A program made the position numbers and the translations under genes. This document shows, one piece after another, positions 1 through 12,465 of a stretch of 64,000 nucleotides of DNA. Positions within the stretch are counted from its first letter, which is position 1; each line of letters begins with the position of its first letter. The stretch comes from Alphaproteobacteria bacterium (GTDB taxonomy: Bacteria; Pseudomonadota; Alphaproteobacteria; Bin95), in assembly GCA_963665325.3 (NCBI GenBank), contig CAXXWS020000002.1, positions 192,001 through 256,000 on the forward strand, given 5' to 3'. Under the pieces are notes generated by a model. It had not been told where the DNA came from and searched no databases. It saw nothing but the letters and a program-made list of their open reading frames with translations.

Positions 1-523
1 CACCACGCTCGGCCTGCTGGGCCTCGGGCGGCTCGGATCCGAGGTCGCGCGCGTCGGCAAGGTATTCCGCATGAACCTGATCGCCTGGAGCGAGAACCTG
101 ACGGCAGAGCGCGCCGCCGAGCACGGCGCGACGCGCGTCGGGAAGGACGAGCTTTTCGCTGAGGCGGACGTGCTGTCCATCCACACGCTGCTGAGCGGGC
201 GCACGCGCGGGCTGGTCGGTGCGCGCGAACTCGGCCTGATGAAGCCCTCTGCGGTGCTGGTGAACACCTCGCGCGGGCCCATCGTCGACGAGTCGGCGCT
301 GGTCGACGCGCTCAGGAACCGCACGATCGCGGGGGCCGGCCTCGATGTCTATGACACGGAGCCGCTGCCCCGGGGCCATCTGCTCCGCAGCCTCGACAAT
401 GCGGTGCTCACGCCGCATCTCGGCTATGTGACGGCGGACACCTTCGCCGTCATGTATCCGCAGACGCTCGAATGCGTGCAGGCCTGGCTCGCCGGAAACC
501 CGGTGCGTGTCATTCCGGCCTGA
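1..523 (+). CDS. D-2-hydroxyacid dehydrogenase family protein (5' partial)
   Basis: Frame is open from base 2 (TTLGLLGLGRLG, Rossmann GxGxxG). NTSRG, LDVY..EP and TPHLG motifs present. Confidence 0.9.
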   Translation, partial: TTLGLLGLGRLGSEVARVGKVFRMNLIAWSENLTAERAAEHGATRVGKDELFAEADVLSIHTLLSGRTRGLVGARELGLMKPSAVLVNTSRGPIVDESALVDALRNRTIAGAGLDVYDTEPLPRGHLLRSLDNAVLTPHLGYVTADTFAVMYPQTLECVQAWLAGNPVRVIPA

Positions 524-567
524 AGGCAGGGCAGGGAAAGTCCGGCCGGGCGGTGTAGAATACCGCC

Positions 568-1980
568 ATGATGCAGACCGACGGCGCCCCGATGCAGCTT
601 CGCGACCTTCCGGGCCCGAAGGGCCTGCCTTTTCTGGGCGTCCTGCACCGGCTTCGTTTCGATCGGCTGCACCTGACGCTGGAGGAATGGGCGGACCGAT
701 ACGGATCGCTCTACCGGATCAACATGGGGCCGCACCCGATCGCCGTGGTCTCGGACAGCGCGGCCATCCAGCGCATCCTGGTGCAGCGCCCGCAGGGCTT
801 CCGGCGCACCCGCCGGCTGGAGTCGGTGGCCAACGAAATGGGGCTCCGGGGCGTGTTCGCCGCCGAGGGCGAAGACTGGCGCCGACAGCGCCGGATCGTG
901 GTCGCCGCGCTCAACCGCCACAAGCTCGCGGGCTTCTTCCCGAAGCTCGCGTCGATCGCTGCACGCCTGCGGCGGCGCTGGGAGGGGGCGGCGGACCGGG
1001 GCGAGCCGGTGGACCTTTGCCGGGACCTCATGCGCTTCACCGTCGATGTCACCATGCAGCTCGCTTTCGGCGTCGATGCCAACACGCTGGAGACGCCGGG
1101 GCCGGTCATCCAGCGCCATCTCGACAAGGTATTCCCGGTGCTGCACCGGCGCACCAACGCGCCCTTTACCTACTGGCGCTGGTTCCGCCTGCCGTCGGAC
1201 CGGGCACTCGACCGCGCGCTGAAGGCTATCGAGGCAGAGGTGGGGGGGATGGTGCGTGCCGCCAGGGAGCGCATGGCGGCGGACCCGGAACGCGAGCCCG
1301 TCGACTTCCTGGAGGCCATTCTGGCGGCGGCGGCGGACGAGGGCTCCGGCATCTCCGACGCCGACATCTTCGCCAATGCCGGCACCCTGCTGCTGGCCGG
1401 CGAGGACACCACTGCGAACAGCCTCGCCTGGGCGGTGCACTATTTCACACAATATCCGGACCTGTTCGAGCGGGCCCGCGGCGAGGTCGATTCGGCGGTC
1501 GCGCCGGCACCGGCGATGGAAGACCTGGAACAGGCGAACCGGCTCCCCTTCCTGGATGCCTTCTGCAACGAGGTGATGCGCCTCAAGCCCGTGGCGCCGA
1601 TGCATGTGGCGGAGCCGCTGGCCGACACCGAAATGCTCGGCTGCCTGATCCCGAGGGGCACCCCGATCATGATGCTGCTCCGCCATGCGGCGACGCGGGA
1701 GGAGCATTTCGGCGGCGGCGACCGCTTCGACCCCGAGCGGTGGCTCGCGAAGCGGGAGGGCTGCCCGCACGACCGCCGCGCCTTCCTCCCTTTCGGCGGC
1801 GGCCCGCGCCTCTGCCCCGGCCGCAACCTGGCCTTGCTGGAAATCCGCGCGGTCCTCGCCATGCTCTGCCGCAATTTCGACCTGGAGCCGGTCGGACAGA
1901 ACAAGGAGGTCCGGGAACATCTGGCCTTCACCATGATGCCGGCGGGGCTGAAGGTGCGGCTCAGGCGGCGGGCCGTGTGA
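568..1980 (+). CDS. cytochrome P450
   Basis: I-helix AGEDTT, ExxR (EVMR), FDPERW, heme-ligand motif FGGGPRLCPG. Confidence 0.95.
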   Translation: MMQTDGAPMQLRDLPGPKGLPFLGVLHRLRFDRLHLTLEEWADRYGSLYRINMGPHPIAVVSDSAAIQRILVQRPQGFRRTRRLESVANEMGLRGVFAAEGEDWRRQRRIVVAALNRHKLAGFFPKLASIAARLRRRWEGAADRGEPVDLCRDLMRFTVDVTMQLAFGVDANTLETPGPVIQRHLDKVFPVLHRRTNAPFTYWRWFRLPSDRALDRALKAIEAEVGGMVRAARERMAADPEREPVDFLEAILAAAADEGSGISDADIFANAGTLLLAGEDTTANSLAWAVHYFTQYPDLFERARGEVDSAVAPAPAMEDLEQANRLPFLDAFCNEVMRLKPVAPMHVAEPLADTEMLGCLIPRGTPIMMLLRHAATREEHFGGGDRFDPERWLAKREGCPHDRRAFLPFGGGPRLCPGRNLALLEIRAVLAMLCRNFDLEPVGQNKEVREHLAFTMMPAGLKVRLRRRAV

Positions 1981-2083
1981 GGGGCGCCACGCAGCCGGAA
2001 GACGGGCATTCGGCGCGGCCGCAGACTCCAGGATCATTCAATCGCCCGAAGCTGGCAAGCGCGGACCCGAAGCTACACCGCCT

Positions 2084-3655
2084 CTATCCCCGGCGCCCCT
2101 CCGCCCGAAACGCCCATTTCACCGCCGCGCCTTCCGCGCCGGTGCGGCCTTCCACCAGGATCGCTTGCGTGTTGCGGCGGCGGCCGTCGCCGAGATAGAT
2201 GCTGGGGCCGAGGCTGAGGCGGCCGCCTGCGGCGCTGAAGCGCCATTGCTGGCGGCCGGGGAGCGTCAGTTGCACCGCGCCCGCCTCCAGTTTCGCCTTC
2301 ACATCGGGATGGAGGTGGAAGCGCAGGCTGAAAGGCCAGCCGGCATTGCCTTCCAGCAGGTCCTCGCCGCGCAGGTCGCCGCCCCCGCGCGGCAGGTAGA
2401 GCCGGCGGCGGTGGATGAGGCCGAAGGGCGTGACATAGCCGTCGTGGCTGAGGTCCAGCCAGAGGCCTTCCTCGCCCTCCGAACGCCGCGCCTGCACATT
2501 CAGGCCGCCCGAACGCACGCCGCCGCCCTTGTCGATCTCGACGGCATGCACGTCGTTCACCGTCACGGTGGAATGCGCGGCGGTCGCCCGCGCCAGCTCG
2601 TTCCAGGGCGCGGAGCCGTCCGCCGGCGCGCCGCAATTGACCACAATGCGCTGCGCCCCGTCGCTGAACTCCATGGCGAGCGGGCTTGAATGGCCGCCCC
2701 GGTCGAAACCCTTGGCCGTCGGCAGGCCGCTGTCCACCAGCACCAGCGTGCGCCCGGCATGCAGGCGGTCGAACCCCGCCTCGATGCTGCGGGTCGGCGG
2801 CCGGGCATGACGGTCCACCCGCGCAAGCGCCAGATCGACCAGCACGCCCTCCGATTCGTGCCCGCCATGGAAGCAGGCAAGCCGCTTGTCCCCATGGCGG
2901 AAGAAGGAGAGCGCCGGCCCGGCGTCGCGAATGGCCGCGGCCAGGCGCTCCGGCATGGCGATACCGGCCGCGCGCAGCAGGCCCTGGACCTCGATCAACC
3001 GGCGCAGCGCCGACAATTGCGCTGCCGGGTTGCGCGAGCGGTGGAATCCGTCCGCGAAGAACTGCTCGTCGAGCGCGCGTTCGATCCGGCGCAGCACGGT
3101 CGCGGGCGGCTGCCCGAAGGCGATGGCGGCGGCCAGCGCCCCGGTGAGCGCGGCGAGGCGCGGCAGGCCCTCGGGCGCTGATTCTATGCCGCGCGCGAGC
3201 AAGCCGGCATGCTCGCCCATGCTCTCCGTGATCCGGGCGCGGAAGAGGTCGCCCGCGCTCGCGGCGAAGAACTCGAAACTGCCGAGCCAGGAATAGAGCC
3301 TGGCGCCGGCGATATCGGCGCGCCAGACGTCGCTGCGGCCGGTCCCGTGCGCTTCCAGCCACAGCAGCACCAGGCGCCTCGCCTCGCGCCGGCCCTGGTC
3401 GCCGCCGATGGCGCGCAGATGGCGCAGCCAGTCGAAGCGGTGCCAGAGGAGGGTCGCGAAGTCCTCGGGCGGGGCCCGTAACGCCGCCGCCAATTGCCCG
3501 CCGTCGTTGAGCAGCGCCTGTCCACGGTCCGAGACGCCGGGCCAGAGGTCGCGCGGCGTCACCGCCAGCGTGCGCGCACCGCCGGGGCTGCCGACCAGTC
3601 TCGAAAACCCCGCCGGGAAGAGGCGCCGCCCCGCAAGGCCGCGCACGCCGATCAA
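2084..3655 (-). CDS. heparinase II/III family protein
   Basis: H.FDWLR.L, DG.H.SRNP, H...L..EFS.G..RI.VNCG, R.T.AHST, SHDGY...G..H.R motifs. Probable TTG start overlaps the rpe stop (TTGA 3655-3652); start uncertain. Confidence 0.8.
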   Translation of the reverse strand: MIGVRGLAGRRLFPAGFSRLVGSPGGARTLAVTPRDLWPGVSDRGQALLNDGGQLAAALRAPPEDFATLLWHRFDWLRHLRAIGGDQGRREARRLVLLWLEAHGTGRSDVWRADIAGARLYSWLGSFEFFAASAGDLFRARITESMGEHAGLLARGIESAPEGLPRLAALTGALAAAIAFGQPPATVLRRIERALDEQFFADGFHRSRNPAAQLSALRRLIEVQGLLRAAGIAMPERLAAAIRDAGPALSFFRHGDKRLACFHGGHESEGVLVDLALARVDRHARPPTRSIEAGFDRLHAGRTLVLVDSGLPTAKGFDRGGHSSPLAMEFSDGAQRIVVNCGAPADGSAPWNELARATAAHSTVTVNDVHAVEIDKGGGVRSGGLNVQARRSEGEEGLWLDLSHDGYVTPFGLIHRRRLYLPRGGGDLRGEDLLEGNAGWPFSLRFHLHPDVKAKLEAGAVQLTLPGRQQWRFSAAGGRLSLGPSIYLGDGRRRNTQAILVEGRTGAEGAAVKWAFRAEGRRG

Positions 3656-4320
3656 GGCGCGGCCTCGCGCAGTCGGCGTATGCGCCCGGCGCAGCCCTCG
3701 AGGCCGTCCGCGAAGACGAAGCTGCCCGCGACCAGCACATCGGCGCCCGCGGCGCGGACCTCGGCGGCGGTCTCGTCGGTGATGCCGCCATCCACCTCCA
3801 GGTCGATCTCGCGGCCCGATTCGTCGATGCGGGCGCGCAACTGGGCGATCTTTGCGCATTGCGCGCGAAGGAAGCTCTGTCCGCCGAAGCCCGGATCGAC
3901 CGTCATTGCCAGCACCAGGTCGATATCGCCGAGCACGGCATCGACGGCGCTTGCGGGCGTGCCGGGGTTGAGCGCCACGCCAGCCCGGCGGCCGGCCTGC
4001 CTGATGCGCTGCACGCTGCGGTGGAGGTGCGGCCCCGCCTCGGCATGGACGGTGACGATGTCCGCCCCGGCGTCGAGGAACTCCGGCAGCAGGGGCTCGA
4101 CCGGCGAGATCATCAAATGGGTGTCGAAGGTCAGGCCGGTGTGCTTGCGCAGCGCTTTCACGACTGCGGGACCGATAGTCAGGTTGGGGACGAAATGCCC
4201 GTCCATGACATCGATATGGATAAAATCGGCCCCGGCCGCAGCAAGGCAGTCCACGGCGGCCCCGAGTTCCGCGAAGTCGGCGGAGAGTATCGACGGGGCG
4301 ATCCGCGTTGACCGGCGCAT
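3652..4320 (-). CDS. rpe: ribulose-phosphate 3-epimerase
   Basis: IAPSILSADF, HIDVMDGHFVPNLT, PGFGGQ, EVDGG, VAGS. ATG at 4320. Confidence 0.97.
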   Translation of the reverse strand: MRRSTRIAPSILSADFAELGAAVDCLAAAGADFIHIDVMDGHFVPNLTIGPAVVKALRKHTGLTFDTHLMISPVEPLLPEFLDAGADIVTVHAEAGPHLHRSVQRIRQAGRRAGVALNPGTPASAVDAVLGDIDLVLAMTVDPGFGGQSFLRAQCAKIAQLRARIDESGREIDLEVDGGITDETAAEVRAAGADVLVAGSFVFADGLEGCAGRIRRLREAAP

Positions 4321-4389
4321 GAACAATTGATAGCAGCAGGCTGGCGGACCATCAATCCGGTGCGCGCCCGTAACCCCAGCGAGGCAGGC

Positions 4390-5298
4390 ATGGCCGCGCC
4401 GATTTCCTTCTACCGGGATTTCGACATCGAACCGGAACGGGTCTATGAGCTGACGCCGCTGGTACGCCGCATCACCAGCGCCAATCCGAGCCTGTTCACC
4501 TTCAAGGGCACCAATACCTATATCGTCGGGCAGGGCGAGGTGGCGGTGATCGACCCCGGCCCGGAGGATGCAGCCCACACGCAGGCGATCCTGGACGTGC
4601 TCGGGGGCGAGACCGTCACCCATATCGTCGCGACGCACACCCACCGCGACCACTCGCCCGGCTGCGCCGCGCTCAAGGCCGCTACCGGCGCTCCCACCTG
4701 CGGCTACGGCCCGCACGGCGTCGGCGCCCGGCGCAACTGGCCCTTCGACTCGCCGGAAGGCGGCGACATGGGCTTCGACCCCGATATCCGCATCCCCGAC
4801 GGCGGGCGGATCGAGGGCCGCGGCTGGACGCTGGAAGGCGTATTCACGCCGGGCCATATCTCCAACCATCTCTGCTTCGCGTTGCCGGAAGAGGGCTCGC
4901 TGTTCAGCGGCGACCATGTGATGGGCTGGTCCACCTCCATCGTCTCGCCGCCCGACGGCGACATGGCGCATTACATGGCGAGCCTGCGCAAGGTGCGGGC
5001 GCGGTCGGAAACGCCCTGGTGGCCGGGCCACGGGCCCCCGATCGCCGAGCCCGGCCCCTTCGTCGATGCCTTCATCGCGCACAGGCAGGAGCGCGAGCAG
5101 GCGATCCTGGCCTGCCTCGACGACGGCGTGGCGGCGATCCCGGAGATGGTCCGGCGCATCTATACGGACGTCGATCCGGGCCTGCACCGCGCCGCCGGGC
5201 GCTCCGTGCTCTCTCACCTGCTGCACATGGTCGAGGACGGCCGCGCGGCTTGCCCCGACGACCCGCCGGGCCCCGACTCGCGTTACGCCCGCGCGTAA
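4390..5298 (+). CDS. MBL-fold metallo-hydrolase
   Basis: GTNTY, THTHRDH, TPGH, FSGDH, PGHG motifs. Confidence 0.9.
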   Translation: MAAPISFYRDFDIEPERVYELTPLVRRITSANPSLFTFKGTNTYIVGQGEVAVIDPGPEDAAHTQAILDVLGGETVTHIVATHTHRDHSPGCAALKAATGAPTCGYGPHGVGARRNWPFDSPEGGDMGFDPDIRIPDGGRIEGRGWTLEGVFTPGHISNHLCFALPEEGSLFSGDHVMGWSTSIVSPPDGDMAHYMASLRKVRARSETPWWPGHGPPIAEPGPFVDAFIAHRQEREQAILACLDDGVAAIPEMVRRIYTDVDPGLHRAAGRSVLSHLLHMVEDGRAACPDDPPGPDSRYARA

Positions 5299-5332
5299 TA
5301 TTGAACTGGGTCGGCAATCCCGGGGGAGGGCG

Positions 5333-6082
5333 ATGACGGACGACATCGAACGGCTGAAGGCGGCGATCGGCAAGGCGCGGCGCGCGGTGGTGTTCACCGG
5401 GGCCGGCATCAGCACCGAGTCCGGCATCCCGGATTTCCGCAGCCCCGGCGGTGTGTGGGACCGCTACAAGCCGATCATGTTCGACGACTTCATCTCCTCG
5501 GAGGAGATGCGCCGCGAGACCTGGCGGCGCAAGATCGAGACCGACAAGACGATGACGGGCGCCCGCCCGAACCGCGGCCACCGTGCCGTGGCGGCGCTAG
5601 TGGAGCGTGGCCTCGTCTCGGCCGTCATCACGCAGAATATCGACGGGCTGCACCAGGCTTCCGGCGTGCCGGACGACAAGGTGATCGAGCTGCACGGCAA
5701 CTCCACCTATGCCACCTGCCTCGATTGCAGGCTGCGTTACGAGCTTGACGACATCCTCGCGGCCTTCCGCAAGGACGAGACCCTGCCGCTCTGCACCTCC
5801 TGCGGCGGCATGGTGAAGACGGCGACGATTTCCTTCGGCCAGGCCATGCCGGAAGACGCCATGCGCCGGGCCGAGCTCGAGACGATGGCGGCGGACCTGT
5901 TCATCGTCTGCGGCTCCTCGCTGGTGGTCTATCCGGCGGCGGGTTTCCCCATTGCGGCGAAGCGCAATGGCGCCTTCCTCGCCATCGTCAACCGCGAGCC
6001 GACCGATCTCGACCGGTTCGCGGACCTCACCGTGCATGACGAGATCGGGGACGCGCTGGGCGGCGCGGTCGGCAACAACTGA
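5333..6082 (+). CDS. cobB: Sir2-family NAD-dependent protein deacylase
   Basis: [26 protein letters not shown], CxxC..Cxx[16 protein letters not shown] upstream of ATG 5333. Confidence 0.9.
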   Translation: MTDDIERLKAAIGKARRAVVFTGAGISTESGIPDFRSPGGVWDRYKPIMFDDFISSEEMRRETWRRKIETDKTMTGARPNRGHRAVAALVERGLVSAVITQNIDGLHQASGVPDDKVIELHGNSTYATCLDCRLRYELDDILAAFRKDETLPLCTSCGGMVKTATISFGQAMPEDAMRRAELETMAADLFIVCGSSLVVYPAAGFPIAAKRNGAFLAIVNREPTDLDRFADLTVHDEIGDALGGAVGNN

Positions 6083-7257
6083 TGACGGTCCCAACGCTGG
6101 ACGGGCTCGACGCGGCCGGGCTGACGGTGCTGCTGCGCGCCGACCTCAACGTGCCCATGCAGGGCGGCAGGGTGGGCGACCGCACCCGCATCGAACGGAC
6201 CGTGCCGACGATCGGCGAACTCGCGGCTCAGGGCGCGCGCGTCGTCGTCCTCTCCCATCTCGGGCGGCCGAAGGGCAGGCCCGCGCCGGAACTCTCGCTG
6301 CGCCCGGTGGCGGAGGCGCTGGCGGACGCGCTGGAGGCGCCTGTGGCCTTCGCGGCGGCCGACCCGGCCGCGGTCATCGCTGGCCTCCCGCCGGGCGGGG
6401 TGGCGATGCTGGAGAACCTGCGTTTCGACCCGGGCGAGGAGGCCAACGACGCGGAATATGCCGCCCGGCTGGCCTCGCTCGGCGACGCTTATGTGAACGA
6501 CGCCTTCTCCGCCGCGCACCGGGCACACGCCTCCACCGAGGCGCTGGCGCGGCTGCTGCCGGCCGCGGCCGGGCGGCTGATGCAGCGCGAGCTGGAGGCG
6601 CTTGAAGCGGCGCTCGGTTCCCCCAGGCGTCCGGCGGCGGCAATCGTGGGCGGGGCGAAGGTGTCGACCAAGCTCGACCTGCTCGGCAATCTAGCGGCCA
6701 GGGTCGATCTGCTCGTCATCGGCGGCGGCATGGCCAATACTTTCCTTCATGCCCAGGGCTACGAGGTCGGCCGCAGCCTCTGCGAGCGCGACATGGCGGA
6801 GACCGCGCGGGGCATTCTCGATGCGGCGGCGGCCGCCGGCTGCGAAGTGCTGCTGCCGGAGGATGCGGTCGTGGCGCCCCGGCTCGAAGCGGGTGCGCCG
6901 ACGGAGGTCGTGGCGGTGGACAAGGTGCCGGCCGAGGCCATGATCCTCGATGTCGGCCCGAAGAGCATCGCCGCCCTGATCGACCGGCTGGGGTTGCTGC
7001 GCACACTGGTCTGGAACGGCCCGCTCGGCGCCTTCGAGGTGCCGCCCTTCGACCGCGGCACCAACGAGGTGGCGCAGGCCGCGGCCGGCATGGACGGGCT
7101 GCTGACCGTGGCCGGCGGCGGCGACACGGTGGCGGCGCTCGCGCAGGCCGGCGTGGTCGAGCGGTTCGACTATGTCTCGACCGCCGGCGGCGCGTTCCTC
7201 GAATGGATGGAAGGCCGGGTGCTGCCCGGCGTGGCGGCGCTGGAGGCCGTGGCATGA
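6082..7257 (+). CDS. pgk: phosphoglycerate kinase
   Basis: [53 protein letters not shown]. Confidence 0.97.
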   Translation: MTVPTLDGLDAAGLTVLLRADLNVPMQGGRVGDRTRIERTVPTIGELAAQGARVVVLSHLGRPKGRPAPELSLRPVAEALADALEAPVAFAAADPAAVIAGLPPGGVAMLENLRFDPGEEANDAEYAARLASLGDAYVNDAFSAAHRAHASTEALARLLPAAAGRLMQRELEALEAALGSPRRPAAAIVGGAKVSTKLDLLGNLAARVDLLVIGGGMANTFLHAQGYEVGRSLCERDMAETARGILDAAAAAGCEVLLPEDAVVAPRLEAGAPTEVVAVDKVPAEAMILDVGPKSIAALIDRLGLLRTLVWNGPLGAFEVPPFDRGTNEVAQAAAGMDGLLTVAGGGDTVAALAQAGVVERFDYVSTAGGAFLEWMEGRVLPGVAALEAVA

Positions 7258-7922
7258 CCCTTTCCCAACGTCTTTCGGCCGAGTTCGTAGGCACCGCCAT
7301 GCTGCTCGCGGTGGTGGTCGGCTCCGGCATCATGGGAGAGACGCTCGCCGGCGGAAATGTGGCTATCGCGCTGCTCGGTAACACCATTGCAACAGGCGCG
7401 ATCCTGGTGGTGCTGATCCTGATCCTTGGGCCGGTCTCGGGCGCGCATTTCAACCCGGCGGTGACCGTTGCCTTCCTGATGCGGCGCGAGATCGGGCCGG
7501 GCGACGCCGCGCTCTACATCCTCGTGCAGGTGGCGGGCGGACTGCTGGGCGTGGCGGTCGCGCACATCATGTTCGAGCAACCGGAGCTGTTCTTCGCGTC
7601 CGGCAAGGAGCGGTCGGGCTTCCCGCAGGCCTTCTCGGAGGGCGTCGCCGCCTTCGGTCTGGTGTTCACCATCCTGCTCTGCCTGAAGGCGAAATCGGAA
7701 GCCGTGGCCTGGGCGGTCGGACTCTACATCACCGCCGGCTACTGGTTCACCGCCTCGACCTCCTTCGCCAACCCGGCGGTGACGGTCGCGCGCGCCTTCA
7801 CCGACACCTTCTCCGGCATCCGCCCGGAGGACGCGCCCGCCTTCATCCTCGCCCAGTTCATCGGCGCTGCGCTCGCCGTCGCCCTCGCGCGCTTCCTCGG
7901 CGCCGGCGCGGGAAAGGGGTAG
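7254..7922 (+). CDS. MIP/aquaporin family channel (AqpS-like clade)
   Basis: Two NPA boxes ([10 protein letters not shown]; [15 protein letters not shown]) and hydrophobic helices. ATGA overlap with pgk. Confidence 0.9.
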   Translation: MTLSQRLSAEFVGTAMLLAVVVGSGIMGETLAGGNVAIALLGNTIATGAILVVLILILGPVSGAHFNPAVTVAFLMRREIGPGDAALYILVQVAGGLLGVAVAHIMFEQPELFFASGKERSGFPQAFSEGVAAFGLVFTILLCLKAKSEAVAWAVGLYITAGYWFTASTSFANPAVTVARAFTDTFSGIRPEDAPAFILAQFIGAALAVALARFLGAGAGKG

Positions 7923-7940
7923 GAGACGAGCCGGCCGCCG

Positions 7941-8333
7941 TCAGCGGTTGGCCATCACCTGGATATCCGGGCAGTCGAGGAGCCGCGCGTCCGCCGTCAC
8001 CAGCGTCAGGCCGAAGACCAGCGCGCTCGCGGCGATGAAGCGGTCGGCCGGGTCCTTGTGGTCCAGCGCAATGCTGCGGCTGGCCATCGCGACCTCGAAG
8101 GTCAGCGGGACCTCGGCGACCGGCGCCGCCGCCAGCGCCCTGTCCAGCCAGCGGCGCGGGTCCGGTCCAAGTTCGATCCGGCCCCGCTCCGCCAACACCA
8201 AGGCTTCCCACACGCTCACCGGGGACAGCCTGAGCATCTCTGCCGGCGAGGCCAGGGCATCGCGCACCGCGCCGGATAGCCGGCCCGGCTCAAGCAACGC
8301 CCAGAGCCAGATATGCGTGTCGAGAAGCAACAA
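7941..8333 (-). CDS. PIN-domain VapC-type toxin
   Basis: LLLDTHIWLW, SPVSVWE, HKDPADRFIAA, LVTAD. TTG start 3 nt after the antitoxin stop, same frame. Confidence 0.92.
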   Translation of the reverse strand: MLLLDTHIWLWALLEPGRLSGAVRDALASPAEMLRLSPVSVWEALVLAERGRIELGPDPRRWLDRALAAAPVAEVPLTFEVAMASRSIALDHKDPADRFIAASALVFGLTLVTADARLLDCPDIQVMANR

Positions 8334-8336
8334 GGT

Positions 8337-8858
8337 CTAGCGAAGCGCTTCCCATTCGTCTTCATCGAGCGCGGGGGCGATGAGGTCGCCCAGGATTTGT
8401 CCCGAACCCGCCATGGTGCCCAGCCAGTCGCCGGAGGGCGGCGGGACGATCTGCGCCACCGGCTTACCGAACCGGGTCACCAGAACAGGCTGGCCGGTCT
8501 TGCCCACCCGTTCGAGAACCGCGAGGCAGGTGGCCTTGAAGGTGGATATCTGCATTTCCTCCATCCCCGCCGGCGTCTCCGGCATCTCGAATACCGACTG
8601 CATTTCACGCATTCCCGGATCGGTGCCAGCTTCGGACTTTGCCGTTTCCTCCGTAACGCGGCTCGCCGGCACGCCCTCGGCGATGCGCCGCCCGACGAGT
8701 TCCAGCAGGCGGCGGTATCGGGCGGCGTCCCATTCATGGCGCCAGCCGGAACCGCTATGGACGCCGAGCGAGCGCAAATGCCGCCGGACCGCATTCGGCG
8801 CAACAGCCAATGCGCCCGCCATGTCATTCACGGTGTAGCGTTCGCCTGCCCGGCGCAT
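8337..8858 (-). CDS. Phd/YefM-family antitoxin with N-terminal HTH-like extension
   Basis: C-terminal part ISTFKATCLAVLERV..TGQPVLVTRFGKPVAQIVP is Phd-like. Promoter and SD (AAGGAAGGGCGGAG) precede ATG 8858; alternative short start at 8564. Confidence 0.8.
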   Translation of the reverse strand: MRRAGERYTVNDMAGALAVAPNAVRRHLRSLGVHSGSGWRHEWDAARYRRLLELVGRRIAEGVPASRVTEETAKSEAGTDPGMREMQSVFEMPETPAGMEEMQISTFKATCLAVLERVGKTGQPVLVTRFGKPVAQIVPPPSGDWLGTMAGSGQILGDLIAPALDEDEWEALR

Positions 8859-8887
8859 TGCTCCGCCCTTCCTTACGGCTCATATCT

Positions 8888-8920
8888 TATGAACATACTA
8901 TGGTCAAAGACCATGGTCAA
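8888..8920 (-). promoter_or_regulatory. sigma70-type promoter with overlapping palindromic operator for the TA operon
   Basis: Minus strand TTGACC (8920-8915), 17 nt, TATGTT (8897-8892). Inverted repeats ATGGTC-AAA-GACCAT (8900-8914), GACCATGGTC (8909-8918), TATGAACATA (8888-8897). Confidence 0.75.
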
Positions 8921-8927
8921 TCTATAT

Positions 8928-10061
8928 TCATTCGTTCCACCACTGCCCGCCGATCACCATCCCTGCCGGGAACAGGCGTTGGTCGCCGCCGAGCACGACG
9001 CCGTCGGAATCCTCATAGTCGAACCGCCCGGAGCGCAGTTCGAGCACTGAGGCATCGGCAGCCACGCCCGGCTCCAGGCTGCCCAGGTCGGGTCGCCTGA
9101 GAGCCGCTGCGGGCGCGCCTGTCGCCGCGCGCAGCACCTCAACCAGCGGCATGCCCAGGACCAGGAACTTCGACATGGTGACGAGCAGGTCGAAGGCGGG
9201 GCCGCCAATGGAGAGCGTATGCACGTCGCTCGAGATGCAGTCCGGCATGAACCCGGCGGTCAACATGGCCCGCCCGGTGCCGAAGCCGAACGAACCCTTG
9301 CCGTGGCCGATATCGAAAATGACGCCCCGCTCGCGCGCCGCCAGTGTTTCCTCGCGCACCCTGCCGTCGGCCCCCGCCGGGCTGTTCGGGAAGGAACGGA
9401 AGCAGTGCGTCAGCACGTCGCCGGGGCGAAGCCGGTCCATGACCTCGCGGCGGCTCGGGGGCGGGAAGTCCAGATGCGCCATGACCGGCAGGCCCAGCTC
9501 CTCGGCTACCTCGATGGCGATGTCGAGCGGTGCGATGCCGCTCGACCCGCCGGCGCCGAGGCCGACCCTCACCTTGATCCCGACAACGAGGTCCGCATGC
9601 TCGCGCGCCACACGCACGCATTCCCGGGCGTCCAGCAGGCGCATGTCCTGGCACTCGCCGACCATCACGGCCTCGCTGAAGGCGAATATCCCTGGAAAGG
9701 ACACGTTCAGGAAGGGCAGGACGCGGGGCTTTGCGGGCTCGATCACATGGCGTCGGAAACCGGCCAGATTCGCCGGCCCCGCCGTCCCGGCATCGACCAG
9801 CGTCGTCGTTGCGCCCTGCCTTGCAAGCTCTTCGGGATCGACGCCGATCGAGGTGCCGCCCCAATAGACATGCGTGTGCAGGTCGATGAGACCGGGCGCC
9901 ACAATGCGACCGCTCACGTCACGCACGTCGTGCGCTTCCCCGGCCGGGAGGTCCGGCCCGATCTCCGCGACCCGGCCATCGGCGAAGGCGACATCGGCCG
10001 CCCGATCCACGCCGCGGCCGGGATCGATCACCCGCCCGCCCTTCAGCAACAGGTCGTGCAT
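8928..10061 (-). CDS. amidohydrolase/deacetylase family metallohydrolase (dihydroorotase-like)
   Basis: PGLIDLHTH, VDAGTAG, GIKVR, THCF, DIGHG.GSF, ISSD.H. Confidence 0.88.
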   Translation of the reverse strand: MHDLLLKGGRVIDPGRGVDRAADVAFADGRVAEIGPDLPAGEAHDVRDVSGRIVAPGLIDLHTHVYWGGTSIGVDPEELARQGATTTLVDAGTAGPANLAGFRRHVIEPAKPRVLPFLNVSFPGIFAFSEAVMVGECQDMRLLDARECVRVAREHADLVVGIKVRVGLGAGGSSGIAPLDIAIEVAEELGLPVMAHLDFPPPSRREVMDRLRPGDVLTHCFRSFPNSPAGADGRVREETLAARERGVIFDIGHGKGSFGFGTGRAMLTAGFMPDCISSDVHTLSIGGPAFDLLVTMSKFLVLGMPLVEVLRAATGAPAAALRRPDLGSLEPGVAADASVLELRSGRFDYEDSDGVVLGGDQRLFPAGMVIGGQWWNE

Positions 10062-10086
10062 GTGTGCCTCCTCTTCGGTATGCGCC

Positions 10087-12096
<2,010 letters not shown>

Positions 12097-12144
12097 GGGC
12101 TCGGAGGGTAGACTGGCGCTTTCCCGGACGCGAGGAAGGAAATC

Positions 12145-12465
12145 ATGGCGGACGCGCTCTATTACGACGCGCATGTATTCTGTTGCACCAATACCCGTCC
12201 GCCCGGCCATCCGCGCGGCTGCTGCAGCGAAAAGGGATCGGAGAAGCTGCGCGCCTATATGAAGGCGCGGGCCAGGTCGCTGCCCAAGACGCGCATCAAC
12301 ATCGCCGGCTGCCTCGACCGCTGCGAGCTCGGGCCGACCATGGTCATCTATCCCGAGGGCATCTGGTACCGCTACGAGAACGAGGCGGATATCGACGAGA
12401 TCCTCGAAACCCATCTGAAGGGCGGCGGCCGGGTCTCCCGGCTCATGCTCGACCCCGACGCCTGA
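12145..12465 (+). CDS. thioredoxin-like [2Fe-2S] ferredoxin
   Basis: HVFCC.N.R...[25 protein letters not shown]. Confidence 0.9.
   Translation: MADALYYDAHVFCCTNTRPPGHPRGCCSEKGSEKLRAYMKARARSLPKTRINIAGCLDRCELGPTMVIYPEGIWYRYENEADIDEILETHLKGGGRVSRLMLDPDA

Noticed and set aside
5333-6082. Second defence sirtuin
   Set aside because: Has the Zn-ribbon and motifs of a housekeeping CobB-type deacylase and sits in a metabolic operon.
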